24,402 bases of DNA. Source: a virus. Taxonomy: Duplodnaviria > Caudoviricetes. Numbering within the stretch: the first letter of the stretch is position 1; every line of letters starts with the position of its first letter. A program made the position numbers and the translations under genes. The stretch spans positions 1-24,402 of the IMG/VR virus record IMGVR_UViG_3300025572_000030; one strand, written 5' to 3'. Under the pieces are notes generated by a model. That model saw only the letters and a program-made list of their open reading frames with translations. It was not told the DNA's origin and ran no database searches. Shown here one piece after another: positions 8,401 to 15,683 of the stretch.

Positions 8401-8621
8401 TTCGCCGCCATGAATTCCTCGGCCTCCTCGGCGTTGTACTGCGGATACGCCCAGGAGAGCCGCTTGCGGGCGATGTCGAGCTCGAGGATGCGGCCGATCG
8501 ACGAGAGCGGCGATTCTTCCCATGCGAGCCCTGCCTGCGCGCGCAGGACCTCGCTGGTGCGCGCCGGGATCTCGACCTGCTCGGTCGGCGCCGTGTAGTA
8601 GCTGCGCGAGTAAATCGGCAT
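5436..8621 (-). CDS. Multidomain internal virion protein: ejection-protein N-terminus + ddrB-like ParB domain + RelA/SpoT-like nucleotidyltransferase domain
   Basis: N-terminal Gly/Ala-rich hydrophobic hairpin (SLLDPLNIATAYIP...NVAFGGVFGASL). ParB-like NQYRDR...GAPTL...VVGGNGR at aa ~265-605. RelA/SpoT-like LKGIARSVEK, LKDTLRATI, DGYRDLKFNV, AEIQVNS and H..HY at aa ~770-910. Coupled to both neighbours. Confidence 0.85.
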   Translation of the reverse strand: MPIYSRSYYTAPTEQVEIPARTSEVLRAQAGLAWEESPLSSIGRILELDIARKRLSWAYPQYNAEEAEEFMAANGLAGQFRFEDRLYSQLELSILAKRKRRELRRQAILARAEGGFAQGAARLGTALGVSLLDPLNIATAYIPVVGQLRYARALEAAGGMFGRTAVRLGAGAVEGTAGAAIVEPLIYAARIDEQADYSLADSLLNVAFGGVFGASLHAGAGLAGDIIRRAYAPEIRETATGIEYTERHAPAVHWGAPAQSFQGFTQAVRIGDRYVPIRWAVMEADDLRATLERAENQYRDRHRAAGQAQIRAIAANLDFNLLGHSPIMDFGAPTLTAEGVVVGGNGRLAAIQLAYQQGTGGVRYRDPLIQQAAQFGLSPQAVAAMRKPVLVRILAEHVDTRAAAIASNEGGSMRMSALEQAKVDAERLGDLRAFRINEDGSLSVAQAAAAVRRWVSEMPDTQRAALLAADGRLSAEGYTRLRNAILYRAYGDSPTLSRLVEAIDPGSRNVAAALTRVAGRIAETRDAIAAGDRFDLDLSPEIRDAVETLNRVREAGRSIEEFLAQGELLDSGLSPAAREVLAFLASHIRSSKAIADFLDRYYDAVDALGSPKQAGLFGVPEVPDKALLVRRAAEDYAPSAAEKIEQAPTDVQQAAARVAVAQAVEGQAINVAPLIEGDPRGIIAAVEQADAPNTKPLNDPLAAEQIDALAREVPQSEQTELAAAEKALAETELALFDTVRDLAEAGVVRIEPEIPELAPLSPSARRTLLEMRQEAEALKPEFDAAVRQIAEAIGGDVQLAPLKGIARSVEKIVADYGGDPTKLKDTLRATIVIDSPQQARAALAAIRQVFDVVGEPRLLLLEPDAPSPDGYRDLKFNVRAGNQLAEIQVNSRAMLEAKSRFHDTHYRRIEQIILKAESEGRDLTAAERAEVQRLDAEQRAGYEAAARSFLEAARSTSQEALEITVPLRRADMAGNRRGSEPSKATATVQSGEARTGTPSTSRKSQSGFTSGTTDITSEQILAQLPPEMRAEALEAAALADEAERMAEIARLASICATRAPA
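5556..5575 (+). promoter_or_regulatory. Putative antisense extended -10 promoter (TGCTAGAAT) and Shine-Dalgarno (GGAGG)
   Basis: TG-C-TAGAAT at 5556-5564 (5/6 to TATAAT plus TGn) and GGAGG at 5571-5575. Requires AT-rich ATT CTA codons in the overlapping GC-rich gene. Confidence 0.6.
5578..5799 (+). CDS. Nested antisense small protein (71-73 aa), candidate antitoxin/immunity protein for the RelA/SpoT-like domain
   Basis: MSVVPEVKPDWLFLDVEGVPVRASPDWTVAVAFDGSEPRRFPAMSARRNGTVISRASWEVLRAASRKDLAAAS. Globular-looking composition while the minus-strand protein turns Ser/Thr-rich over the same stretch. Promoter and SD directly upstream. GTG at 5584 has the better SD spacing. Confidence 0.62.
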   Translation: MSVVPEVKPDWLFLDVEGVPVRASPDWTVAVAFDGSEPRRFPAMSARRNGTVISRASWEVLRAASRKDLAAAS

Positions 8622-10702
8622 CAGCGACGCTCGCGGATGTCACGGAGGACCTGCTCGCGCGTGGCGCGTGAGCTCTCGATGCCGAGCGCCTCGAGCTCGC
8701 GCCACGTGCGCACGATTGGCTGCCCGTCCGCACCGAGCACGATGCCATCCGGCAGGGCGAGGACGGCACCGGTCTCGTCCGGGTTCGTGACCCAGAAGCC
8801 TTCGGCGCGGATCTGCGCCCGCCGGTCGGCCTGCGCGTCGACGTCGGTCTGGTACGGCAGCGGCGTCACGAGGAACTCGCCCTCGCGCGAGAGATGCTCG
8901 AGCAGCGCGCGCGCACCGCGCACAACGTTCGAGGCGATGATCGGCTCGCCGGCGCTGCTCACGCGAGGGATGCGCAGCGTTCCGGCGAACTCGTACCGAC
9001 TGCCGAGAAGCTGCTCGACGGCCTGCTCCGCGGCCCGCTCGGGCGAGGTGCCGCCGCGCACGAGATCCGCGGCGAGGAGCTCGGCCGCCTGGTAATACTG
9101 CTCCCACACCTGCGCGCCGTCGGCGAGCACGCCTGGCGGGAATGTCTCGTTGAGCGGCGCGAGCTGTTCGGCGATCGCGGTTGACAGATCGCGCCGGTAG
9201 CCGGTCGAGTCGAGCGCCTTCATGACCGCGTCGCGTTGCGCCGAGAGCACGTCGAGCCGCGCGGCCGTGGCAGCCGGGATGAAGGGAAGGATCTGCCCGA
9301 TGCCGTCGAGCTTCGGCGCGACCTCGCGCAGCACGTCACCCCACGCCGGTCCCCACTGCTGAGCGAACTCGGCAAGGCGCGCGGCGCGTGCCCCGGGCTG
9401 CTCGGGATTGAGGGCGAGCTGCGCGGCCATCTGCTCGGCTAGCGATGCGGGCAGGAGCCGGGGCTGGGTGATCGCGAGCGCCTGCTGCGCACCGCGCACG
9501 GTGTCGACGTACGCGCGAATCGCTGCCGGGTCGCCGGAACTCATCGCCTCGAAGGCTGCGCGCACGCGCGGGTCGCGCACAAGGAGCGTGCCGACCGGAT
9601 CGCTCTCGAGCTGCCGCCGCTGGCCTTCCCACAGTCGCACCGCGAGCTCATGGCGTTGCGCGGCCTCGGCAGCGCCTGCCTGCTGCGTCGGGCGAAGCTG
9701 CGCGAGGTGCTGCATCGCCTCATCCGGCGGCATGTTTGCCGCCTGCCCGACGACGTCGTACACGCGAAAGGTTTCGAGCGCGTGGCGGTAGCGCGACTCG
9801 CCCTCGCCGGCGCCATACGCGGCGATGAAACGATCGCGAGAGGGGAGCTCGGCCGGAAGCCCCGCCTGGCGCGCGGCGAGCGCATCCTGCAGATCTCTGC
9901 GGAGAATCTCGCGCTCCTCGGCCTGGCGGGCGCGTGCCTCGGCCTCGCGCTGGCGGATCTCGGTTTCGGCTCGCGAGCGCAGCGCCTGGCGCTGCTCGAA
10001 CGTGAGCGCGCGGATCGCGAACTCTTTTGAGCCCTCGTCGTTGAGCTCGCGCAGTGCCGTGTACGGATCGCGCCGGATCATGCCCTGCACGGCCGCCGAA
10101 GCGAGCGCAGTCACCGAGTCCTGCAGGAGCTTCGCGCGCGTGTCCGCGGGCAGCCCTGACGCCTCGATTGCAGCGCGCTGCTCGGCGGCGAGCACGGCGA
10201 AATCCGCTGGCCGGAACTCCGCAGCGGTGCGCGCGGCATCGAGCGAGCGCATGAGCCCGTGCACCTTGAACTCGACGCCCCTCCTCGCCTCGAAGCTGAG
10301 CGCATCCTGCTGCAGCCCGAGGCGCACCGAGCCGAGCCGGTCCCGCAGCCAGTTGCGTGAGGCTTCGGTCGGCGCCTGCTTGATGAGCTGCTCGGCTTCC
10401 GCGTCGAAATCGGCGAGCACCGCGAGCGCGAAGCCTTCGGCTGCGCCCTCGGCCGCCTGCTGCCGGCGCTGGAGTTCCTCGAGCCAGCGAGAGCGCACGC
10501 GCATCGCCTGATCGTTCGCCCACACTGCTGCGCGCTCTTCGGCCTTCTGCCGCTCGAAGGCGCGCAGCGTCATTTCGTCGTGCGCGATGCTCTCGAAGGC
10601 TTGCGCGAGGCCCGCAGCGCCCCGGCCGCTGCCGAGATCGAGCGTCTGCCCGGCCGGCATCGGTGCGCGCGTCTGCTGCTCGTATGGACTGATCCGCGGC
10701 AC
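8621..10702 (-). CDS. Internal virion (ejection) protein, 693 aa
   Basis: MPRISPYEQQT start typical of this gene position. Highly helical, A/E/R/Q-rich, with C-terminal WVTNPDETG. Lies between the small ejection protein and the multidomain protein. Confidence 0.75.
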   Translation of the reverse strand: MPRISPYEQQTRAPMPAGQTLDLGSGRGAAGLAQAFESIAHDEMTLRAFERQKAEERAAVWANDQAMRVRSRWLEELQRRQQAAEGAAEGFALAVLADFDAEAEQLIKQAPTEASRNWLRDRLGSVRLGLQQDALSFEARRGVEFKVHGLMRSLDAARTAAEFRPADFAVLAAEQRAAIEASGLPADTRAKLLQDSVTALASAAVQGMIRRDPYTALRELNDEGSKEFAIRALTFEQRQALRSRAETEIRQREAEARARQAEEREILRRDLQDALAARQAGLPAELPSRDRFIAAYGAGEGESRYRHALETFRVYDVVGQAANMPPDEAMQHLAQLRPTQQAGAAEAAQRHELAVRLWEGQRRQLESDPVGTLLVRDPRVRAAFEAMSSGDPAAIRAYVDTVRGAQQALAITQPRLLPASLAEQMAAQLALNPEQPGARAARLAEFAQQWGPAWGDVLREVAPKLDGIGQILPFIPAATAARLDVLSAQRDAVMKALDSTGYRRDLSTAIAEQLAPLNETFPPGVLADGAQVWEQYYQAAELLAADLVRGGTSPERAAEQAVEQLLGSRYEFAGTLRIPRVSSAGEPIIASNVVRGARALLEHLSREGEFLVTPLPYQTDVDAQADRRAQIRAEGFWVTNPDETGAVLALPDGIVLGADGQPIVRTWRELEALGIESSRATREQVLRDIRERR

Positions 10703-10705
10703 GGC

Positions 10706-11134
10706 CTATCCCTCGAGGATGCGCTGGCGCGTGAGGGCGCGCGATGTGCCCTGGAGCAACGCAGCACCAGCCAGAAGCCCGGACTGTCGGGCGCGGCTTC
10801 GCATGGCGAGACTTTCGGCGAGGAGCCCCTTCGCGCGGAGCTGCCCGCCGTAGCGGATGTTGAGCGCGTCGAGTTCGGCGAGGATCGCCGACTGATCGAG
10901 GAGGAGCCCGCCCGTGCCGGTCGCACCGATGCCTGCCTCGGCCTGCGCGGCGGCCTGCCGTCCGATCGCTGCGCGCGCAGCGCGGCGGTGTGCGGCCTCA
11001 TCCTGTGCGGCAGCGGCCGCGGTCGCGCGCGCCTGCTCCTCGAGGAGCCTCGCATTGAGGCGCGCATCGCGGCGCGCGGCCATGTGCGAGGATGCCTGCA
11101 GCATCGCCGGAACCCACTGCACTATGCTCGACAT
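10706..11134 (-). CDS. Small internal virion protein (T7 gp14-like position), 142 aa
   Basis: Pattern IGRQAAAQAEAGI...ELDALNIRYGG, Ala-rich helical, follows the GNAT-like gene. Confidence 0.75.
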   Translation of the reverse strand: MSSIVQWVPAMLQASSHMAARRDARLNARLLEEQARATAAAAAQDEAAHRRAARAAIGRQAAAQAEAGIGATGTGGLLLDQSAILAELDALNIRYGGQLRAKGLLAESLAMRSRARQSGLLAGAALLQGTSRALTRQRILEG

Positions 11135-11571
11135 GCACGCACCCGCAGAAAGAGATCATGAGGAACTCCGGCCGGACCGTACGGCCCGAGCGGCTTGATG
11201 AAGTCGAAGCCCAGGAGCTCGAGCCAGCGCCGCCCCTCGGCAAAGTCACTCCGGCACGTCGCGAAGATCTCCGGCCGATCGACCGTTTCGATGAAGCGGC
11301 ACACGTACCGATGCAGTCGCACGAAGTGACGCCCGGCATCGCGCGCAATGAAGGACCAGAGGATTCCGGCATCCGGGCCGCGCTCGGCGAGCCCGCCGCA
11401 GGCAAGCACGCGATCGCCGACGAGCGCAGCGTAGGCAGGCCCCGCCGCGGCGAGTTCCTCGAGCTTCGCGCGCGGCGTATGCGCGCGCACGTACGCCTGC
11501 GAGGGCTGGAGCTCGATCCGCTCGAAGTGCTCCGGCCGGAAGCGCTCGATGACGATCTCAGCCGCGCGCAT
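11122..11571 (-). CDS. GNAT-fold-like protein (T7 gp13-like position), 149 aa
   Basis: GDRVLACGGL...GILWSF...RRWLELLGF pattern typical of phage acetyltransferase-like proteins directly after tail tubular protein B. Confidence 0.7.
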   Translation of the reverse strand: MRAAEIVIERFRPEHFERIELQPSQAYVRAHTPRAKLEELAAAGPAYAALVGDRVLACGGLAERGPDAGILWSFIARDAGRHFVRLHRYVCRFIETVDRPEIFATCRSDFAEGRRWLELLGFDFIKPLGPYGPAGVPHDLFLRVRACRA

Positions 11572-13918
11572 CGTGTGTCACCAGCCGCGGGAAGATGCCC
11601 GCGATCGTCATGGGGAACGGCTGCTCCTGGACGAGCTCGATCCGGCAATCCGGCTCGTAGTCGCCGTCGAACGTCACTTCCTTGTCGCCCGTGAAGATCT
11701 CGGGCGGCTGATCCATCGCCATTGAGGGGCGGCGGAAGGGGATATCGTAGAGCTTGCGGCCCTCCATGCCGATCTTGCCGCCGAGCGTGTCGACGAGGCG
11801 CACGGTCGCGCCGCGCACGCGCTTGACCTTGCCCTGCGCGGTGCCGTCCTCGCTGCCCGCCTCGAGCCGCATTGTCACGAGCCGCGCCGGGCACGGGAGA
11901 CCGACCTGCACCGTGCTCGCCTCGCTCTGCAGAGTGATCGAGCCGCCCGAGACCCTGCGATCCGGATGCGCCGCGCCGTCTGTGACGACCTGCACGATCT
12001 CGCCTTCGAGGTGATCGAGTCCCGAGATCGTCCTGGCTGGCGCGCCCGAGTAGGTCAGCCCCGAATCGACGTAGAACACGGCGGCCGGATCGTCACCCTG
12101 CTCCCAGGGCCGCTCGATGTACTCGATGTACCGCTTCGTCTGCCCGTTGATCGTGCGGCGAACGACGATCCACACCTCGTCGCGATCGCCGGTCGGATCC
12201 GGGATGCACTCGACCGACTCGACGAAGCCATTGCCGCCGATCGGATGGCGGTGCCAGGCCACGACGTCCTGCTCCTGGTCCAGCGTGAAGGCGATGAGCG
12301 AACCGTCCGCGAGCACGCACCAGAGGATCGAGTCCGGCTCGGCCTGATAGGCCATATCGACGATGCCGCTTTTCGTGATCTGCGGATTGAGCGCGTTCAT
12401 GTTGGTCGACCGATAGCGGTCGATCTCGAACGCATAATCCATGACGAGCAGCCGCCGGCCGGCTCGCTGCACGTAGACGACCGAGGTGCCGACGATCTGC
12501 GGGCGCACCGAGCGGCAGCGCTTCTTGCTCTGGCGCTTGATCTGGACGTTCTCAGGCCCGAGCGGGTCGACCGTCGTGATGGGACCGAGCGCGAACTCGC
12601 CGCCCGGCGTACCGATGATGAGCCGCTCGGCTTCGACCATCCAGAGGATTTCGTTGACGTCCTGCGCGGTGAGCTTAAGGCTGATCGCGGAGTCGAACGT
12701 CACCTGGCCAGCGACATCGGGCGAGTGATCGGTGTAGAGCCCGGGCACTGAGCCCCACAGGTTGATCCCGTGAGCCCACCAGAGCCGGTCATACGCGAAG
12801 GCGACCGCGCTCGGATAGCCCGAGGTCCTCGACCACGCGCCGAGCGACCAGCGGTAGGTCGGCCCTGAGACCACGAGCGCAGGCAGCTGTACGAGCACGT
12901 CGGCCGTGACGATGGTCGCGCTCGTAAACCCGGTAATGCGCGCAATGCCGTAGCCGGCGTCCTGGTATTCCCACTGCACGCCGCGACCCCCGCCGTCGGC
13001 CTGCCCATCCGGCGCAACGCCTTCGATGTGAATGGGCGGCGAGGTGCCGGTCTTGGCGGTGTTGAGCGCCTTGTACGTGCGCCCGTCGTAGCGACGGAGC
13101 TCGCCCGCGTTGACGTCATTCTGGCTATCCGGCTCCCACGGCTCGATGTTCGGGCTTTCCTGCTCGATGCGGATGAGCCGACCGACGTCGGTCGCGCTGA
13201 AGATGCCTGCGGTGGCCGTGATCGTGATGCTGCCGGTCTGCGCGCTCGCCTGGACTTTCACCGACTTGTCGCGGTTCTGATCCATGAAGGGGCCATTCTC
13301 CGGCACGTACTCCGCGAGCACCCATCGCGTGGCGCCGTAGCGCGTGAGCGTCATCGGCGGATACTTCCCGGCGCCTGCGATGTAGAGCACGTCCGCGGAC
13401 TGCTCCACCTGCAGCGCGAAACACCCTTCGCTGTTCGTCAGATCGTCGCCGTCGTAAGGCGTCGGGACCTCGTAGATGTCGCCCTCGAGCGCGTGCCAGT
13501 AAGTCGCGTTCGGAGGCTGCTGATTCGTGTTCGCGGCGATGCAGTAGTAATTCACGCCCCCGTGCGCGACGAGATCGCCCGGCACGTACGACGTCGCGCC
13601 GCTCCATGCGGGCACGTTCCCGACGAGCACCCGCCCGTGCAGGGTGTAGAAACGGATGTACTGGTGGCCGAATTCGAGGATGAACGCCTGGGTCGCCGAG
13701 AACTCGAAGCGGCGCTTCCACACCCGCCGCCCCGAATGCTTCGCCTCAGCGACGAAGCGCGAGCCGCCGCGGCGCTGGGCCGGGCCCTGCACGAGCGCGA
13801 TGAAGTTCTCAAGCCGGTGCGCGCCGCTGCCGTACTTCGAGATGTCGGTGCGCGCATCGAGCGTGACGCCGAGCTCGCCGGCGTTGAAAGACGAGAGAGC
13901 GGGAGAGGCGCGCGGCAT
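11558..13918 (-). CDS. Tail tubular protein B (nozzle), 786 aa
   Basis: Start at 13918 (TAATG coupling). SFNAGEL, GPAQRRGG, LEFGHQYIRFY, YPSAVAFAYDRLW, VVAWHRH, YVDSGL and GLDHLEG motifs. Confidence 0.9.
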   Translation of the reverse strand: MPRASPALSSFNAGELGVTLDARTDISKYGSGAHRLENFIALVQGPAQRRGGSRFVAEAKHSGRRVWKRRFEFSATQAFILEFGHQYIRFYTLHGRVLVGNVPAWSGATSYVPGDLVAHGGVNYYCIAANTNQQPPNATYWHALEGDIYEVPTPYDGDDLTNSEGCFALQVEQSADVLYIAGAGKYPPMTLTRYGATRWVLAEYVPENGPFMDQNRDKSVKVQASAQTGSITITATAGIFSATDVGRLIRIEQESPNIEPWEPDSQNDVNAGELRRYDGRTYKALNTAKTGTSPPIHIEGVAPDGQADGGGRGVQWEYQDAGYGIARITGFTSATIVTADVLVQLPALVVSGPTYRWSLGAWSRTSGYPSAVAFAYDRLWWAHGINLWGSVPGLYTDHSPDVAGQVTFDSAISLKLTAQDVNEILWMVEAERLIIGTPGGEFALGPITTVDPLGPENVQIKRQSKKRCRSVRPQIVGTSVVYVQRAGRRLLVMDYAFEIDRYRSTNMNALNPQITKSGIVDMAYQAEPDSILWCVLADGSLIAFTLDQEQDVVAWHRHPIGGNGFVESVECIPDPTGDRDEVWIVVRRTINGQTKRYIEYIERPWEQGDDPAAVFYVDSGLTYSGAPARTISGLDHLEGEIVQVVTDGAAHPDRRVSGGSITLQSEASTVQVGLPCPARLVTMRLEAGSEDGTAQGKVKRVRGATVRLVDTLGGKIGMEGRKLYDIPFRRPSMAMDQPPEIFTGDKEVTFDGDYEPDCRIELVQEQPFPMTIAGIFPRLVTHDARG

Positions 13919-14520
13919 TACCCGAGCCTCGCCATCATCCACGTGTCGTCGGTCGGCTCATTCGGCGCGACCTCGAGCGCGTTGGTGAAGGCGGCCTCGC
14001 GGATCGCCATCCGGTAGTCGCGCAGGCACCGATCCTCGCGCTCGTGTGAGAGCGTGATGCGATAGCAGCACTCGTACGCCAGCCGCGAGGCGAGCGCCTC
14101 GACGAAGCATGCGTCGTACAGCCCGGTGTCCGTGACCTCCTGGATTGTGCGGATCTTCAGAGGCGCCGAAAGGTTCGTGTAGATCTTGCGCCCTTCGATC
14201 GACCAGAGCTCGGTCGGCGCCACGCGATAGTCGGCCATGTTCGGCCCGAGATCGTACTCGCCGATCTGAATCACGCGCAGACACCCGGCCGGAAGGGTGA
14301 AGGAGCGCGCGTAGCCGAAGGACGGCGATTCTGCGTCGGCAGGCAGCGACCAGCGTGCGAGCGCGAAGCGCCAGCGGCGGCGCCGCAGCTCCGCGTTGCG
14401 CACGATCGGATAGGCGACGTTGAGGGCGACGGCCTTCGGGTCGTCATCCTCGAGGCTGATGATCGTTGCGGCTCCGAGCTTGCCGAGCGCCCGGTTGCAG
14501 ATGTCTACCGGGGAGGCCAT
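13918..14520 (-). CDS. Tail tubular protein A (adaptor), 200 aa
   Basis: True start MASPVDICNRALGKLGA (ATG 14520, GGAGG upstream). W.FA, LP..CLR and F.EALASRLA motifs. Confidence 0.88.
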   Translation of the reverse strand: MASPVDICNRALGKLGAATIISLEDDDPKAVALNVAYPIVRNAELRRRRWRFALARWSLPADAESPSFGYARSFTLPAGCLRVIQIGEYDLGPNMADYRVAPTELWSIEGRKIYTNLSAPLKIRTIQEVTDTGLYDACFVEALASRLAYECCYRITLSHEREDRCLRDYRMAIREAAFTNALEVAPNEPTDDTWMMARLG

Positions 14521-14530
14521 CGGCGGCCTC

Positions 14531-14842
14531 CTAGTACGGGATGCGCGATGCTGCCGCGTAGATGCCGGCCGGCGAACCGCCGCCGGTCGAGACAGCCGCG
14601 CGAATCGTGCACGGCGGGAGCTCGAAGAGCGCCGAGCCGTTCTGTGAAAACTCGACTTCGTTGCCCGCGCTGTCGATGACGGGCAGCCACGTGGAGCCGT
14701 CCGGACCGAGGAATTCGAGCGTGACTTTCTCGTTGTCGAACGTAGTTGCGACCACGACGAACTGCCCGCGCCCACCCGGCCACTGCTGGCCCGCGCTCGT
14801 CGCCGTGCCGGCCTGGATCAATGTGACGCCAGCGCTCAGCAT
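14531..14842 (-). CDS. Hypothetical virion-associated protein, 103 aa
   Basis: Beta-rich sequence (VTLEFLGPDGSTWLPV), GAGGTG SD, within the head-tail block. Confidence 0.7.
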   Translation of the reverse strand: MLSAGVTLIQAGTATSAGQQWPGGRGQFVVVATTFDNEKVTLEFLGPDGSTWLPVIDSAGNEVEFSQNGSALFELPPCTIRAAVSTGGGSPAGIYAAASRIPY

Positions 14843-14853
14843 GACTCACCTCG

Positions 14854-15072
14854 TCAGGCCGGCGGCCAGGGGGATTCGATGATGTGCGTCTTGAGTCGCT
14901 CGAGGCTCTTGAGCACCTCGAGCTTGGAGACCGTGCGCGTGCCCGCGCCGTCGTGAACCGCGGTATTGGCCAGCTCCACGGTGAGCTCGATCACGTCCGA
15001 ATCGACCGGATCGCCCGCCTCCTCCGTGACGGTGAGGGTGCCCGGGCTGATCTTGTAGCGTCGCGTTGCCAT
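14854..15072 (-). CDS. Hypothetical protein, 72 aa
   Basis: GGAGGT SD before ATG, normal composition, fills the gap in the operon. Confidence 0.7.
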   Translation of the reverse strand: MATRRYKISPGTLTVTEEAGDPVDSDVIELTVELANTAVHDGAGTRTVSKLEVLKSLERLKTHIIESPWPPA

Positions 15073-15091
15073 CGTTTACCTCCGTCGACAG

Positions 15092-15115
15092 CGGGCGGGA
15101 CCGAAGCCCCGCCCG
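15092..15115 (-). terminator. UUCG-tetraloop GC hairpin after capsid/decoration genes (attenuator or stability element)
   Basis: Minus strand CGGGCGGGGC-TTCG-GTCCCGCCCG. Intergenic. No U-tract follows. Confidence 0.45.
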
Positions 15116-15146
15116 TGCCGTGACCCCCCGAGTGCTGCCAGCTCCG

Positions 15147-15650
15147 TCAGATGCCGTACCGCACTTTCGCGACCATGTAGGTGGCGTTCTCGAATGCCTC
15201 CACCACGGTCGCGGCAATGTCGTATTCCTTCTGCGGGTCCTTCGTGAGGCCGAGTGCCTGCCAGAGCGGCTGTTCGGCATCTTCGAGGCCGAACACGCCC
15301 GACTCGTGTGTGACGTCGGTCGGTGGGATTACACCGCCGCCAGGATCGAGCGCGCTCGCGAAGAAATCCGCGTCGACCACCGCGCCGCCATTGGCTGGCG
15401 TGTCGTAGAGACCGATGTCGACCTGACCGGTCGCGCCCGATGCGGCCGAGGCGAAAAGGATCTGCGAGATCCGCGCGTTCGACGGCACGCGCGCGAAGCG
15501 GTACGTCGAGCCGATGCTCGCGCTGGCCGATGCCTGCACCACACCGACCGCCTCGCGCAGCTCCATCGCCGTCAGCCGCGAGGGGCTGAGCTGGTGCTGC
15601 GCGGCGTCGGCGTTCTGCAGCGCCGTGGACTTGAGATGTTCGACAGCCAT
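15147..15650 (-). CDS. Putative capsid decoration/cement protein, 167 aa
   Basis: Immediately after the major capsid gene, AGGAG SD, beta-rich with RVPSNARI, DIGLY and DADFFASA motifs. Confidence 0.7.
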   Translation of the reverse strand: MAVEHLKSTALQNADAAQHQLSPSRLTAMELREAVGVVQASASASIGSTYRFARVPSNARISQILFASAASGATGQVDIGLYDTPANGGAVVDADFFASALDPGGGVIPPTDVTHESGVFGLEDAEQPLWQALGLTKDPQKEYDIAATVVEAFENATYMVAKVRYGI

Positions 15651-15683
15651 TGCTGTTACTCCTGCTGTGCCTGACGCCCGCGC

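Noticed and set aside
6861-9095. 744-aa plus-strand ORF as a possible second nested gene
   Set aside because: In-register shadow with no promoter or SD seen; the minus-strand protein keeps clear domain motifs here.
14521-14775. N-terminal extension of tail tubular protein A in the ORF track
   Set aside because: Overlaps the 103-aa gene and is R/S-rich. The family-like start with SD is ATG 14520.
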